Shown: piece by piece, positions 1 through 11,650 of the stretch
How positions within the stretch are numbered: the stretch's first letter is position 1
How the letters are laid out: each line of letters opens with the position of its first letter
Assembly (NCBI GenBank): GCA_000708835.1
Contig: DF237169.1
Location: 62,001 to 126,000 of the forward strand
Reading direction: 5' to 3'
Length of the DNA: 64,000 nucleotides
Source of the DNA: Klebsormidium nitens
Lineage: Eukaryota > Plantae > Klebsormidiophyceae
Notes under the pieces: generated by a model
Told to the model about the DNA's origin: nothing
Database searches by the model: none
What the model saw: only the letters and a program-made list of their open reading frames with translations
Position numbers and translations under genes: made by a program

Positions 1-697
1 AAACCTACCTAGGTACATCCGTCACGTCAAGCTCACAGTGGTGTAACGCCGTATGTATCGGTGTTCATAATATTGGTTTTCGAAAGCTCAGAACATTACA
101 TCGGGTCACATCGGGTTACGCTAATGAGGTCTCTAACCCTGCTGGCCTGCTGACTTCCCAAGGAAAGGACCAAGCAGTGGCAAGCACAGGCTGCCCTGCA
201 CTACCAGCTGTGCACAGGCCGGAAGAGACTTGCTGTCAAGGAGAGCAGGCGGCAAATCAGCTCAGAAGGTGCTTTGCAGGTGCACGGCATCGCCTTCAGG
301 GGGACACGATGTGGCCTTTTGCTTTCGAAAGGATTTGCGTGAGAGCTCTTTTTGAAATGGAATGGTTTGTGGCGACCCCAGAGATGACGTTACCTCCTGC
401 TATAACCTGGCAAGATGGTGCGAGGCCGTCAAGTAGCTGCACAAATATTGCACGATGTTGAGGGGGTGGGATGGCGCGGGAGGCTGTTTCTGCACGGTGA
501 CGGGCTAGTGCTAGTCAGCTGAGTTGTCTGGATTCAGGGGTAATCCCTGTTGGCAGGAGAATAGCGGGAACGGGCTCTGGAGATCACTGAGTGGCTGGAT
601 ACGCAAGCCTTGGACGTAGGTTTTTAGCACTAGTGCAACGCAGCTGGGGAGATCATCTTGATGATCGGCCGGAGCTTCGGTCCTATGTGAGGAATCC

Positions 698-3600
698 ATG
701 GGCCCTTCGTCGCAGAAGCCATGGAGGAAGAAAGGGGCGGACGTTGATTCCGACGATGTTCAAGAGGTGAGACGTCTTTGGAGTTAGTTGTGTTCTTGTT
801 GTGCTGCTTGATCAAATCAGGGTTGTCTCAGTGCAGGGAGGGCCCAACTACTAAAGGTTAAAAGCGTCACCCTTGCTGTGGAGGTTTTCTTTATGATTAC
901 AGGAATCTCTGGTGCCCCCTCTGGTGCCCCAAAATGCGGCCGCATTGAAGCCTTAGAGGGTTTGCGTCAACAAGTGTACGGAGTGATTTAGGGTTGTGAG
1001 CATGTTGTCATGAACATCTTTTGTCAATTTGATAGATATAGTGGTTTCGGTTAGGGTTTGTGGCCCCGCTCCTTGAACTGCGATTCTTACACAAAGCTCC
1101 CAGTTCTGTTGGGTGTGTAACTCCCATGGGTTTGGTCCCCCAAGCTTTTGTTCGTTCTTTGCTGATCCGTTGGTCGTTTCCAGCATCTCAGCCATTGCCA
1201 GTGGGTGATCAGTTAACAGCACTTGCTTCCCTTTCTTGCGCGAGCTGGCCCTTCCAAAAGCTCCGACAACTTTACCCAGCACGTCAGAATGACGTTGGTG
1301 AAGGAATGATCGGCTCAGTCATTGCTGAAGCCCCAGGGCAGCAAAGTTGTGCTCAACTGTTGCTGATGTTACCATGTTGTGCTGGTCGGCTGGGGGAACC
1401 ATGTCACTAGCGGAAGCAAGATATTCCATTCCTGGCCGTCGGCCTGCGGCTCCTTCATCGGGCCCTTTGAATATGTATGTCCATCAACTTCGCAAAGAGT
1501 CAAGCGCCAGGAAGGGTAACTGGGATGGATGGAGTTAGCTTGGGGGTTAGGGTGGGTACGGGTGCGGAGCGTGTGGACTTCCGGCTAAGGTTTTCGATCA
1601 AGTGTTGCTGTCACTTCTCATGGCGCTCACCCTCCATGGATAACTCATCCTTTCATGTAATCAAGAAGCGTCAGATGTTTCTATTTCCTCATGGAGCCCC
1701 ACTCATCTCCCCAGTTCTGGAAGGGCCTGTCCCTGGCGCAGCGGCGCGCGCTGCTGCGGGTGGACAAGGCCACGCTGTTCGAGACGGTGCGCAAGAACCT
1801 CTACTGCTGCAAGTGCCACGGCCTCCTCGTCGAGGGCTTCACGCAGCTCCTCCTCTACAACCGCACGCTGCAGAACGGGCAGTTTCTCAACGGGCCAGAC
1901 GGAGAGTACCTTATGAACTCCCCCACGGGGGCGGGGGGGTTTGTGTTTGGCGCAGGGGGCGCGGCGCGAATGACAGAGGGAGGCGGGGTTGAGTTGGTGA
2001 ACGGGCTGGAAGAGCATTGTAAGGACCCGTTGGTTCACCCGTGGGGGGGGCTGACGGCGGCGAAGGACAGCGTGCTGACGATTTTGGATTGCTTTCTGAG
2101 GGGGGACGCGCCGACGGTGGTGTTTGAGAGCTCGCGGGTACGGGAGAGGGAACGGGAGTTGCTGTACCCGGATGCGTGTGGGGGGTTCAAGGGGCAGGGG
2201 GGAAGCAAGGTGACGGTGAGTAGACTATGAGACCATCTTCCCTTGACATGAGTGTTGAACTTCGAATATCAGTTGACAAGATTGCGGTTCTAATGCTGGT
2301 TGTACAGGCAAGGAGGGGTTTCTCGAAGGGCAGGGTCAAAGCAGTTGATGGTGAAGGAGCTTTCAAATTTTACAAGGTTGTCTGGTTGCTTGTGGAGGAT
2401 TTGGGCATTACTTGGGTGGTTTTTACCGGCTGCAGCTGTGGATCCGCAAGAAGGAGCTTTCGTTGTCGCTTCCCATCCAAACTGATATCAACAAAGGAAA
2501 TTCTTCCTTACCTTTTAGGGAGCCAGGGCGGTCCGCTGACGTCATTCCCCCTTCTGCAGCTCTGGAGCCCCCGGAAGACTCCGTCCCAGTGGTGCCCCTT
2601 TGTTCCTAAAGGAGAACGATGCTGTTTGAGGATGTCATCTTTGCTGTTTGCCGACGATATATTGTCCTCTGCAGCTGTGGAGCCCTGGGAAGGAGCCATC
2701 GCAGTGCGCACCACGGCACCACAACCCCAAGGAGAGCTGCGCGCTCCACAAGGCGAAGCTGAGCTGCGAGGCGCTTGTGGACTTTTGGGGAGCGCTGGGG
2801 GAGGAGACGCGGGCCAGCCTGCTGCGCATGAAGGAGGAGGACTTTATCGAGCGGCTCATCAAGAGGTGGGCTTCTGGCTTGACAACCTGAATGCTTGGAT
2901 GTCAAGCGTTTCTCTTGGACTGCGGATAAAGGTGTCAGTGGAGGACTTTTGAGCTTGCAGTTTCGTCTAGTCGGACATTGACCGGCTAACATACCTGGAT
3001 CATGAAGGGCTCCGTTGGAGCGTGGGTTTGTGTATAGCCTCTGTGGGGATTCGGAAAAGTAGGGCCGCTGCTTTTGGGCAGAAACGCCCTCCATGCTTAG
3101 GTCCGGTTATGTATTAAAGCACACGCGGGTTGCGCTGGACATGCTCTTCAGATTCCTAAATGTTCCGTGACTTTCGCTTCAGGACTGCTGTTGATGTATG
3201 TGGTTATCTGAAATAGTACTTTTGCGGTTCGGCTTTGTCTGACTTCGGTTACTGGCTTGTGATGAGAACATAAATAAAACAAACCCGCTCTCTGGTTCTC
3301 AGAGAGCGTCGAGCTCCTTGGGCAATGAAGTAGGTTTAATCCGTTCTCTGAAGCATCTATGTGGATTTTCTGGTACTTTTCCGCGGTCGTGTTGTTGTTT
3401 TGAGACTGGCTTAAACCTTTGCACATCCCTTCTGATGGACAGTAAAACACTTTGGTCTGGAGTTTGACGAAGTACGTTGCGTTTTGGAAGTGCTCTGGAA
3501 CAACAGTTTGTCATTGGAGACTATTCCTGATTCATGCTTCTTAAGATCAACCTGACAAAATTTTGACTTCTTTCTTTTTGCGTACTTCTGCTGATGTTTT

Positions 3601-6600
3601 GCAATAAGTGCACTCTCTTGAGAAATTGGAGACTACAAGTGCTTAGCTTCTTGATTTGAACATTCGCGTGCCGTCCTCCCCGGTGCATATTTTCATTCAA
3701 GCAAGATAGGTACTTGTAGGAGCAATTTACGGTCCTCTTTCTGCCGGATCTAAAATTGTAGAACCAGGTGTGCTGCAAGAATCTACCAAAGCCATTTTCA
3801 TCCTCCCGTGAGAGTCTCCAACATCCAAATGCAATCTGGCCCAATCGAATGCGTAGGTTCGAGTCGAAGCGTTTCTGCCGGGATTGTCGGCGGAACGTTC
3901 TGAAGGAGTTCAAGGAGATGAAGGAGCTGCGCAGGGCACGGCGGGAGACGCGCTGCAATGCCTGGTTCTGCATGGCCGACACTACGCTCGCGCACTATGA
4001 GGTACGCAGCCTTGGCACTCCGCCCGCTGTCAAGTGGCCAAGAACTTGTGTCCTGCTTTCCTTCACCTGTTAATATTTTGCTGAGCGAAGGCTGAGCAAA
4101 AATAAGCCTTTCCTCAGCAGAACACGGATGTTTGCTGCAAACCGTTGCCAGAAAAGCGGCCGAGAACAGTAGGAGGTGCGACATGCCGTTCGGGAAGCTT
4201 CCGTAAGCTCCTTGCATTTTGGTTTCACGAGCTTTGTTGACGGCAGAAATGGTCAGCCCCCTCCACAGAGCTCAAAAGGCCCCAGTACAGACGAAGCCGG
4301 AAGATGGATGAGACTATCAACTCGCCGTTTTTGTTTTTTAGTAAGTGGTTGGTACTACTGCCCACAGCAAAATATTTACTTAGTTCCTTCTACTCATCCC
4401 TTGCAGATCACTGACTCCGGCGCGTATGCAAGCTGGGCCGGCAGCTTCGGCGAGGACGCGCGCGAGGAGTACGCGCGCTTCCAATGGGGCCTTGGGACGA
4501 GCGAAGGCAACGACGACCTGTTCCCGTTCGAGGACGTGGGAACCGCCGATTCCGCGACCCTCGGAAATTTAGACTTGGGCGATTTCGTGATGACGCCGTG
4601 TTGGCTGAGCGTGCGGGGCTGGAAGCGAGACGGGCGGTGCGTGGAGCTGTTTGCGAAGGCGTCACCGGTCACCAAGGGGGGCCCGTGCGTGCACCGGCGG
4701 CTGTGGGTTGGGGACGGGTACGTGGCGATCAACAAGGGGGAGAGCATCCAGCGGTTCTTTGAGAAGGCGGAGGAGGCCGACGAGGACGTGAGTGGCGATT
4801 TGCTTTGTCGATATTTCCTCGTCGTTTGGGCGCGCTGTCTTCCTCTGCTTGGATTACGGAGCGAAGCCTGTTTTCTGGAAGAAACGCATCTGGTTCGGAG
4901 GTTCTTATGAGGTTTCTGAGGTGCTGGCATTGTGCAAGCAAACGACGTCCTTGATTTGGGCGCCTGCCCTTGCGGCTGCACCTCCGATCGGACGGCAGGC
5001 AAGCATGACTTCATCTTCGGACGATGCTAACGTCATGCCGTTGCGCATTGTGGCGACGTCACCGGCTTTGTCCTACGCGGACTTCAAAGATCGAGAGAAG
5101 ACAGGAAGAAACGATGGGAGGTGCAGAGGAATGGAAAAACGGAGTCCCAGTAATGAAGTAGCGTTGTCTTTTTCCAGTGGCTGCAAGAGGACGACGAGCT
5201 GAGCGAGAGTGGCGCAGACCTGTTAGACCCGGACGCGCCGCGGCAGCAGAAGCACGCCAAGAGCCCCGAGCTGGCGCGCGACTTTCTGCTGGACGCGGCG
5301 ACGGTCATCTTCAAGGAGCAGGTGCGTGCCACACCTCAGCTGAGCTTCTTTTCTTAGCAATTGCTGACTTTCTCGTGACAACTCGCACAGTACGACTGCT
5401 TCGAGTTCACCTGACAAGTTACCAGTCACGAGAAGGTGGTTAATCTTCAGATGAAAGACAGTTCTTAGAAGCTCACTAGGAAAGTGTTCTCAATGGCCAG
5501 AAAGATCACGCATTACGCCGCTAGCTTGTGTATGTTTTGTAAATGCCGCCTTCCAGTGTCAAGTTTCCAGGCAATGCGGTATATTGTTGCTGTCTGGGTT
5601 TGCAAAACGCCTCAGTCGACTCATAGCGAGCTACATGTCCCGCAGGTTGAGAAGGCGTTTCGGGAGGGGACAGCACGGCAAAACGCGCACTCCATCTTTG
5701 TACACCTTTCGCTGAGCCTCCTAGAGGAGAAGCTCAAGGTGGCCTGTAGGGAGATTGCGGCGCTCCGGAAGCAGGTAAGGAGCCGTGTCTAACTTCGATG
5801 ATCTGCTGAATCCCTTTGAGCGACTTTAGTCTCTGAGAGGCAAGGGGTTTCCTTCTTTTGGGGGCCGTACTTCCTTGACTTCAAAAAGTTTTGAATCTTT
5901 TTCGGTCAACTTACTTCCGGGGCCCTTCCTCAATGGGCATCCTCTTCACAAACAGGCATGCCGCACTAGGAGGAGTCCAGATTTGGAAAACTGCTTTGGC
6001 GATCTGATTTGAAGATGCCTTGCAGGCCTTTAGGAATACCATCAGTTTCTTTGATTCCAAGTAGAGTGCTTGGGCTCCAATTCCGTTGCAGGATCTGCTG
6101 CTGTTGGAGGAGGAAGAGGAAAATTTGGCCATCTGATGTGAAGATGCCTTGCAGGCCTTTAGGAATACCATCAGTTTCTTTGTTTCCAAGTAGAGTGATT
6201 GGGCTCCAATTCCGTTTGCAGGATCTGCTGCTGTTGGAGGAGGAAGAGGAGAAGAAGGAAGAAGAGGAACGGCGGGAGCGCAAGCGGCTCAAGGACCGCG
6301 AGAAGAAGCAGCGCCGCAAGGGCAAGGACAGGGAACAGAAGGACAAGGATAGCGAATCTGTTACGGCGGATGCACAGAGCGAAGATGGGAAGGGCGGTGA
6401 TGACACCCCCCGGGGGGGTGAAGAAACGGGGGCGGAAGAACGGGGACCGGAAAATGCAACCGGGGAGGAGACTGGGAGCCCCGATGTGGAGAGGGACGGG
6501 GAGGCTGAGATTTTGGAGGGGTTGACGGATTTCGAAGAGAAGCCGGTTGCGGCGGATGCGTCTTCCGGGGGCGTGGCGCACAGAGAAGGGGGAGAGTCTG

Positions 6601-8624
6601 GGAGGGGGGCAAAGGTCGAGGAAGTTGCGCCCCGAGGGGGGGTGCTTCTGCAGGGCAAGTCGGGGGGGGTGATTTTGGACCGGCAGGTGAATGCGGTGGG
6701 GAAGAAAGTGGCGGATCTGGAGCTGGAGAAGCGCGGTGGGATGGAGCACGTTGGCAAGGAGAACGGCCGGACAGCTGGCGCAAAGCTGCCGAAGGCAAAG
6801 TCGTCGGCGCCGATCGTGAGCAGTTCCGGGACCGGGGGGGTGAAGATCCTCGTGAGGTCGATTCCGTCCGTTCTAGCGAGCACCAACACGAAAGCGGGGG
6901 CGGGGAAGACAGGGCCCAAGGGGGGAGGAAACGTTTCGGGGGGAAAGGGCACAGGTGTTGCGAAGGGCGCGTCGAGTGGTGCGCCGGCGACGGTTAAGGG
7001 AGGGACGACGGCTGGGGGGGGCGCTGCGAAAGGTGGACTGGGGGGAAAGATAACGGCGCAGCGCATTGTGGTGAGTGCGAATGGGATGAACGGTGTGGCC
7101 AACGGGGCAGCGCCAGGTGGCGCAAAGATAGTGGCTGGTGGGCGGGGGGCAGGTGCGCCAACGCCCATTCTGCGGAGTGTGGTGAATGGCACGACGGGCG
7201 CGTTGCGAAGTGGGGTGATTGGGTCTAGCGGAGTTAACGGGTCGACCCCAGTGGTTAAGAACGGGTCAACGGGGGCCGCTGTATCGGTGGGGAGCGTCTT
7301 GCGGGCCGGCCCGCAAGTGATAAGGGCGACGTCGCTCCCGGGGGGAGCGGTCATCAGCAGTTTGAATGGGGGCGGAGGAGGGGGAACGACGACGATCGTA
7401 ACGCAGGTTGCGCCGGGCGTCACCGTGGCGACAAAGCGGCCGAGCGTTAACCCGAGCGTTAACCCAGGACTTAATCATGCGGGTGCAAACGGAGGGGTAA
7501 AGCTGGGAGCCAATCCGGGGGGAGCGAACGGGCCTGCCGCGAGTGCGGCGGAAGCACCGGCGAAAACGTTGAGCGGGCAAGTGTTGGGTAGTTTGAACGG
7601 GCCAGCGAACGTGAACGGGCAGGCGTCGACGGGTGTGAATGGGCAGGCGTCAACAGGTGTGAATGGGCGAGTTGTTGGGGCGGGTAGCCGGTTGACTACT
7701 TGGGCATCTGGGATTCGCAACCCCGCCCTGTTGAACAACAAGGTCATCCGGGTAGGGGCAGGGCCGGGGGCTTCAGTGGCGGGAAATGTTTTGCTGAGCA
7801 GGGCGAACAGCGCGAGCGCTGCCACGCTTGGGGGGTATGGAGGCCAGGCAAAGAGCCCCCCCGGGACGGCGTCTGGGGTGGCAGCAGCGGCAGTGACGGG
7901 TGCCTCTCCAGGGGGGAGAGTTCAGCCTGTGCCCAGCCCCCCCGCAGTAGTGACGCCGTCGCAGGGGGGTCCGCTCTCTGGGCACAGCTCCCCGTGGCTG
8001 GCAAGCAGGTCGGGGGAGAGTGACGCGCAGGCCCCCACGGAGCCGGCACCGTTTGCATTGGGGCACGCTAGTGTGACCGCGCCCTACCAAATTGGGGGGT
8101 TGCTGAGCAATTTCCAGAGGAGCATGTCTGCAACTGAGGGCGCATTGAGGGGCAGCCCCCCAGGGACGGCCGCCCTGGAGGGAGGAGATCAGTTAGGCGC
8201 CGGCGTGCGTGCAGTTATTGGATCTCTTCCGTTAGATATGGACGGAGGCATGCGGGCCGAGAGCGGGCGGGTGGGGGTTGCGTTTGGCCCGCGGAGCTTG
8301 GAACGAGACGGGGGGCATTGCTCGCCGTCGCTGGGGCCACTCGCGGGGCAGCAGCCGTTTGCGAGCCAGGGCGTCAAAGGGTTGGGAGCTTCGGATGGGA
8401 GGCCGTTGGGGATTGGCGCGAATGGGGTGAAGGGAGGGGCGAACGGGTTTGCCCCGCCGAGTGACGGCCACATATGGGGCCCGGACTTTTCGCTGTTCAG
8501 TTTTGCGGCGCCGTCGGAAAGCAGGGTCGGGGGTCGGGGGGATGGTGGGAAGCGGGAGAACGAGGGGGGACAAGGGGAATACAGCTTGTTTGCTTCGGCC
8601 GGGGGTGGGTTTGGATTCTTCTAG
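698..8624 (+). CDS. Plant 'stress response NST1-like' protein (Arabidopsis AT3G58050/AT2G41960-type, from recalled motifs); 9 predicted exons
   Basis: Predicted exons 698-766, 1716-~2209/2215, 2675-2865, 3857-4001, 4407-4787, 5178-5321, 5646-5774, 6222-8624, with GT/AG ends and mostly consistent phases. Peptides FWKGLSLAQRRALLRVDKATLFETVRKNLYCCKCHGLL, FESKRFCRDCRRNVLKEFKEMKELRR, KHAKSPELARDFLLDAATVIFKEQVEKAFREGTARQNAHSIF, LLEEEEEKKEEEERRERKR and terminal EYSLFASAGGGFGFF* match my recollection of this family. Confidence 0.85.
5995..6250 (+). repeat. Two-copy ~130-bp tandem duplication spanning an intron 3' end, acceptor and exon start
   Basis: tttggc.atctgat.tgaagatgccttgcaggcctttaggaataccatcagtttctttg.ttccaagtagagtg.ttgggctccaattccgtt(t)gcaggatctgctgctgttggaggaggaagagga occurs at ~5995-6120 and ~6124-6250, nearly identical. 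Confidence 0.95.
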
Positions 8625-10041
8625 ATTGGGGAAGCTTGGGTTTTGGTACGAAAGGGTCCTGGTTTTTCTGGATTGAAGTGACGGGATGCACTGGATTTCT
8701 GCTGGTATGGCTTCCTTTTGATTGGAGCCATGGCAAGGACTGCACTGCCCATGTGTATACAAGTGCAAGGATTGACATGCACTGCAAAGACCAGGTTTGG
8801 CGAAGGTTGATATCGATGACTGTGCTCAAACAAAAGAGTTTGAGTTGTAATTCGCTATGCCTTGATTAGTAAGGCAGGAGTTTTGTCTCGCACGGTTTAT
8901 TTCGATCGTGCCACTATAGTGGGATCGAGCACAGAAGAGTCGAGCTTACAACGTTCTTCAGGATATTACATGCATGTATCGGACGTGCATAGCTCAGGCT
9001 TATGTACTCGAAAAACTCAATGATGCTTAAAAGCCTGCACGCCGGGCCCGGCCGCAAGAATGCAACTGACGGTCACTACCATGGTCGACATGTGCTTATT
9101 CAAATCATTCCTGACTTTGATGCTCGATCCCATGCATGTATGGCATGCAGCCATGTGCATCGATCATCATGCATCCGGGTTGCATGAGACGTAGCCTGTA
9201 CTATTTATAACTGGGCTTTATGCATGCAGAATATATCATGAGCTCGAATGCTTCGAGTCGATCGGATCAATGTTGAATTGTTGAATGGTCGGATCGTTCC
9301 GCCCCATCATGTCCCGTGTGCAAGCTAGCAAAAAATAGTAAGGAAGTGTTTATCCGGCCATGATCATGCCAAATTCAGGGTGGGGCCGCACTCAAGTGCA
9401 AAATTGCAGCTCATTGGATGTGCGTAGAGACAGCTAAGCAACGGCGTGTTATGCACCTACCATCCCCACAATCTGTACCACTTCGCCCGAGCCATTTTGC
9501 ACCATGCATTCAATGAGCTCCGAGGCTCGACATTGAATCTGTGAGCAACAAGAGTCCGAGTGACTATACAAAAAGTTGTCTCTGCGATGATGGAGCAGCT
9601 CTGGGCGGACCAAGCTGGCGGCTTCGATGTTGAATCCCTCAGAGCTGGCTGCGTCAGGTACACGAGCTTCTGTTGCACTGAAACCCCTCAGTGGGACTAT
9701 TGGCTCGTGTTCCCGAAAGCAGCATCACACAGTTGAGGTTGTATGCAACAGGATTGACGGCACAGAAAGCAAAACCGTTCTGCTAACATATCCCGATGAA
9801 CTGTGGACCACAACCCCCCACCCTTGTAGGTGCTACGAAAGTGACAAACAACTGGGCTACGGTATACTGATACAAATGCACGGGCCTCTTGAAAGGCCAC
9901 CCCACAGACGACTTTAGCCCTCTTGATCTGATGATCCGGTTTCAGAGCTGAAGACGAACTACCTTTTTGAACTGACTATCTTCGAATCTGTTACCTGGCC
10001 TTCCCGCTGGATTGAACTGACTATCTTCTTTGTCAGGCCAC

Positions 10042-11650
10042 TTATTGGATCACGCAGGCGCAACTCTGGGAGCCCTCACTATCATCATCGTCCCCCTCCG
10101 AGTCGCTCAGCTCAGAGTCGCTGCACAACGGCAAGGTTCTTTATTAGTGCATGTGACCAGGTTAGGGGCATCGTTTTATGCTAACACGAGTGGCAGAAAA
10201 AACACAAAGTCTGCCCTGGGGGGCTGCACAAACACCAAGCTGCACTAGTGTGCGACGTAAAATGATGCATTTTTGAGTGAGATCGACAGTCCCAAGGGCA
10301 CTCGTTCAAAGGAGGAAGTTTGCGCTGCATATGAATCAGTGAAGCTGCTGCAAGTCGGTCCACGAGTGGCCAAGAGTAGAGGCCCAACCACTCAAGCACC
10401 TCAACTTCGTACTTCCCAGAGTGGACTTTCACTCCTACTCTCACTCTCACTCTGCTTGCAAGTTCGGAAGTTTGACGAAATTTATTCTCCAAAAATTGCT
10501 CCACCGTGGAAAGGAAGAACCCCACTGGACTCATCCAGCAAGGAGACATCTGTAGAAAAGGTTGCTTCCATGCGACGATGCAACCTTCCGAACATTCGAC
10601 ATGCACATGTTCCTGCAATTTCCCTTCCCCACTATCAACCATGCAGACGGAGGTGTACGATTGCGGACTGGCACGAAAAATGGGCCCAGCTGGCATATAG
10701 ACAACCCCGTCACATGAGCATCGGCACATTACCCCAGTCAAGGCAGGACTCCGGTAATACTGTGAAGGAGTGCACTTCTGCTGCTCTTCAGAACATGGGG
10801 GAGCTGAGTAGCTTCTGGTCAGAAGTTAAGGGCAAATTCTGGACGGCTCAGAAAGCAATTCTTAAGAAAGAGCCAGACTGCGAAGTTTCCACAACTCATG
10901 AGCTCCACAACCGACTTAAGACGCGATGAGCCAGCGTTTCTGCTCAATTCGCAACAGAATCAAAACCATGCCAATCCCTTAGCAAGGCCATGACACCGCA
11001 GATCAAGCGTCGTCCTGCTCGAAGTCTGTTGCAACCGTCAAGATCACCTGGATTAGGGTTAGGCTTTTGCTCGAAAGACCTCACCTCGCCTCAAACTCCC
11101 GCACAGCAATCAGTGATGACCCATGGAGGTCCGGCCACGAGACCTTCTTCTTCCCCGCCTCTGCAAACCGTACAGCAGCCAAAACACCGGTTTTTGCGCC
11201 TGCGCCGCTGCGCGGCACATTCCGTGCGCCCCCAACCGCTTCCGAAATGTGTCTGGACCCGTTCTCTGCAATTGAGCTGGGACTTGCCAAACCCCCAACC
11301 GGTGCGGGCGGTACTGGCTTGAGGAAAACAGGTTCTGGCAGTGGGGGTAGCTTTCCAGCTCTCGTCGGCGAAGAAGGGCAAGTCTCTGGCGTCTCAAATG
11401 CGAGCCGTGGGGGAGGGGGGTCCCCGTGGGGAACACTGCTAATGATTGGATGGTGCTCTGGAAGCACAGAGGAATCCGGCAACTCATCTTCAATTCCATC
11501 CGGAGTTCCCGGAAGGCCGAGCTCTGTAATTTGGCCGTTGGCCACAAACGCCTTTTGCAGGTGGCCATTCAGAGGGGTTTGAGGGGGCGGACGCTGCACT
11601 ACGACTGACTCATGATCCAGGGTATGTGGTTCGTCCTTGGTCGTGATCAT
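10042..11650 (-). CDS. Pro-rich protein with KKKVSW (RVxF-type) motif, acidic tail and C-terminal CaaX box (CVIQ*)
   Basis: ORF exon 11085-11650 or further upstream ends ...KKKVSWPDLHGSSLIAVREFEA AG|GTGAG. The phase-2 acceptor ttgtgcag|C at 10120 gives S-DSELSDSEGDDDDSEGSQSCACVIQ* (TAA 10042-10044). It resembles the small land-plant family ending 'KV.W.D..G..L..V.EFE.S....C.C.I.'. Start codon uncertain: frame is open to ~11737 and there is a possible acceptor at 11732. Confidence 0.8.

Noticed and set aside
5966-7423. Long antisense ORFs (485 aa here; also 51142-52629 and 4394-5014)
   Set aside because: Shadow ORFs opposite GC-rich coding exons.
10440-10570. Minus-strand AATTTTTGGAG resembling an Sm site
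   Set aside because: Upstream sequence lacks the U2, U4 or U5 conserved elements.
11043-11063. Telomere-like ttagggttagg (also tagggttt at ~1052)
   Set aside because: Only one to two units; too short to call interstitial telomere or a functional telo-box.
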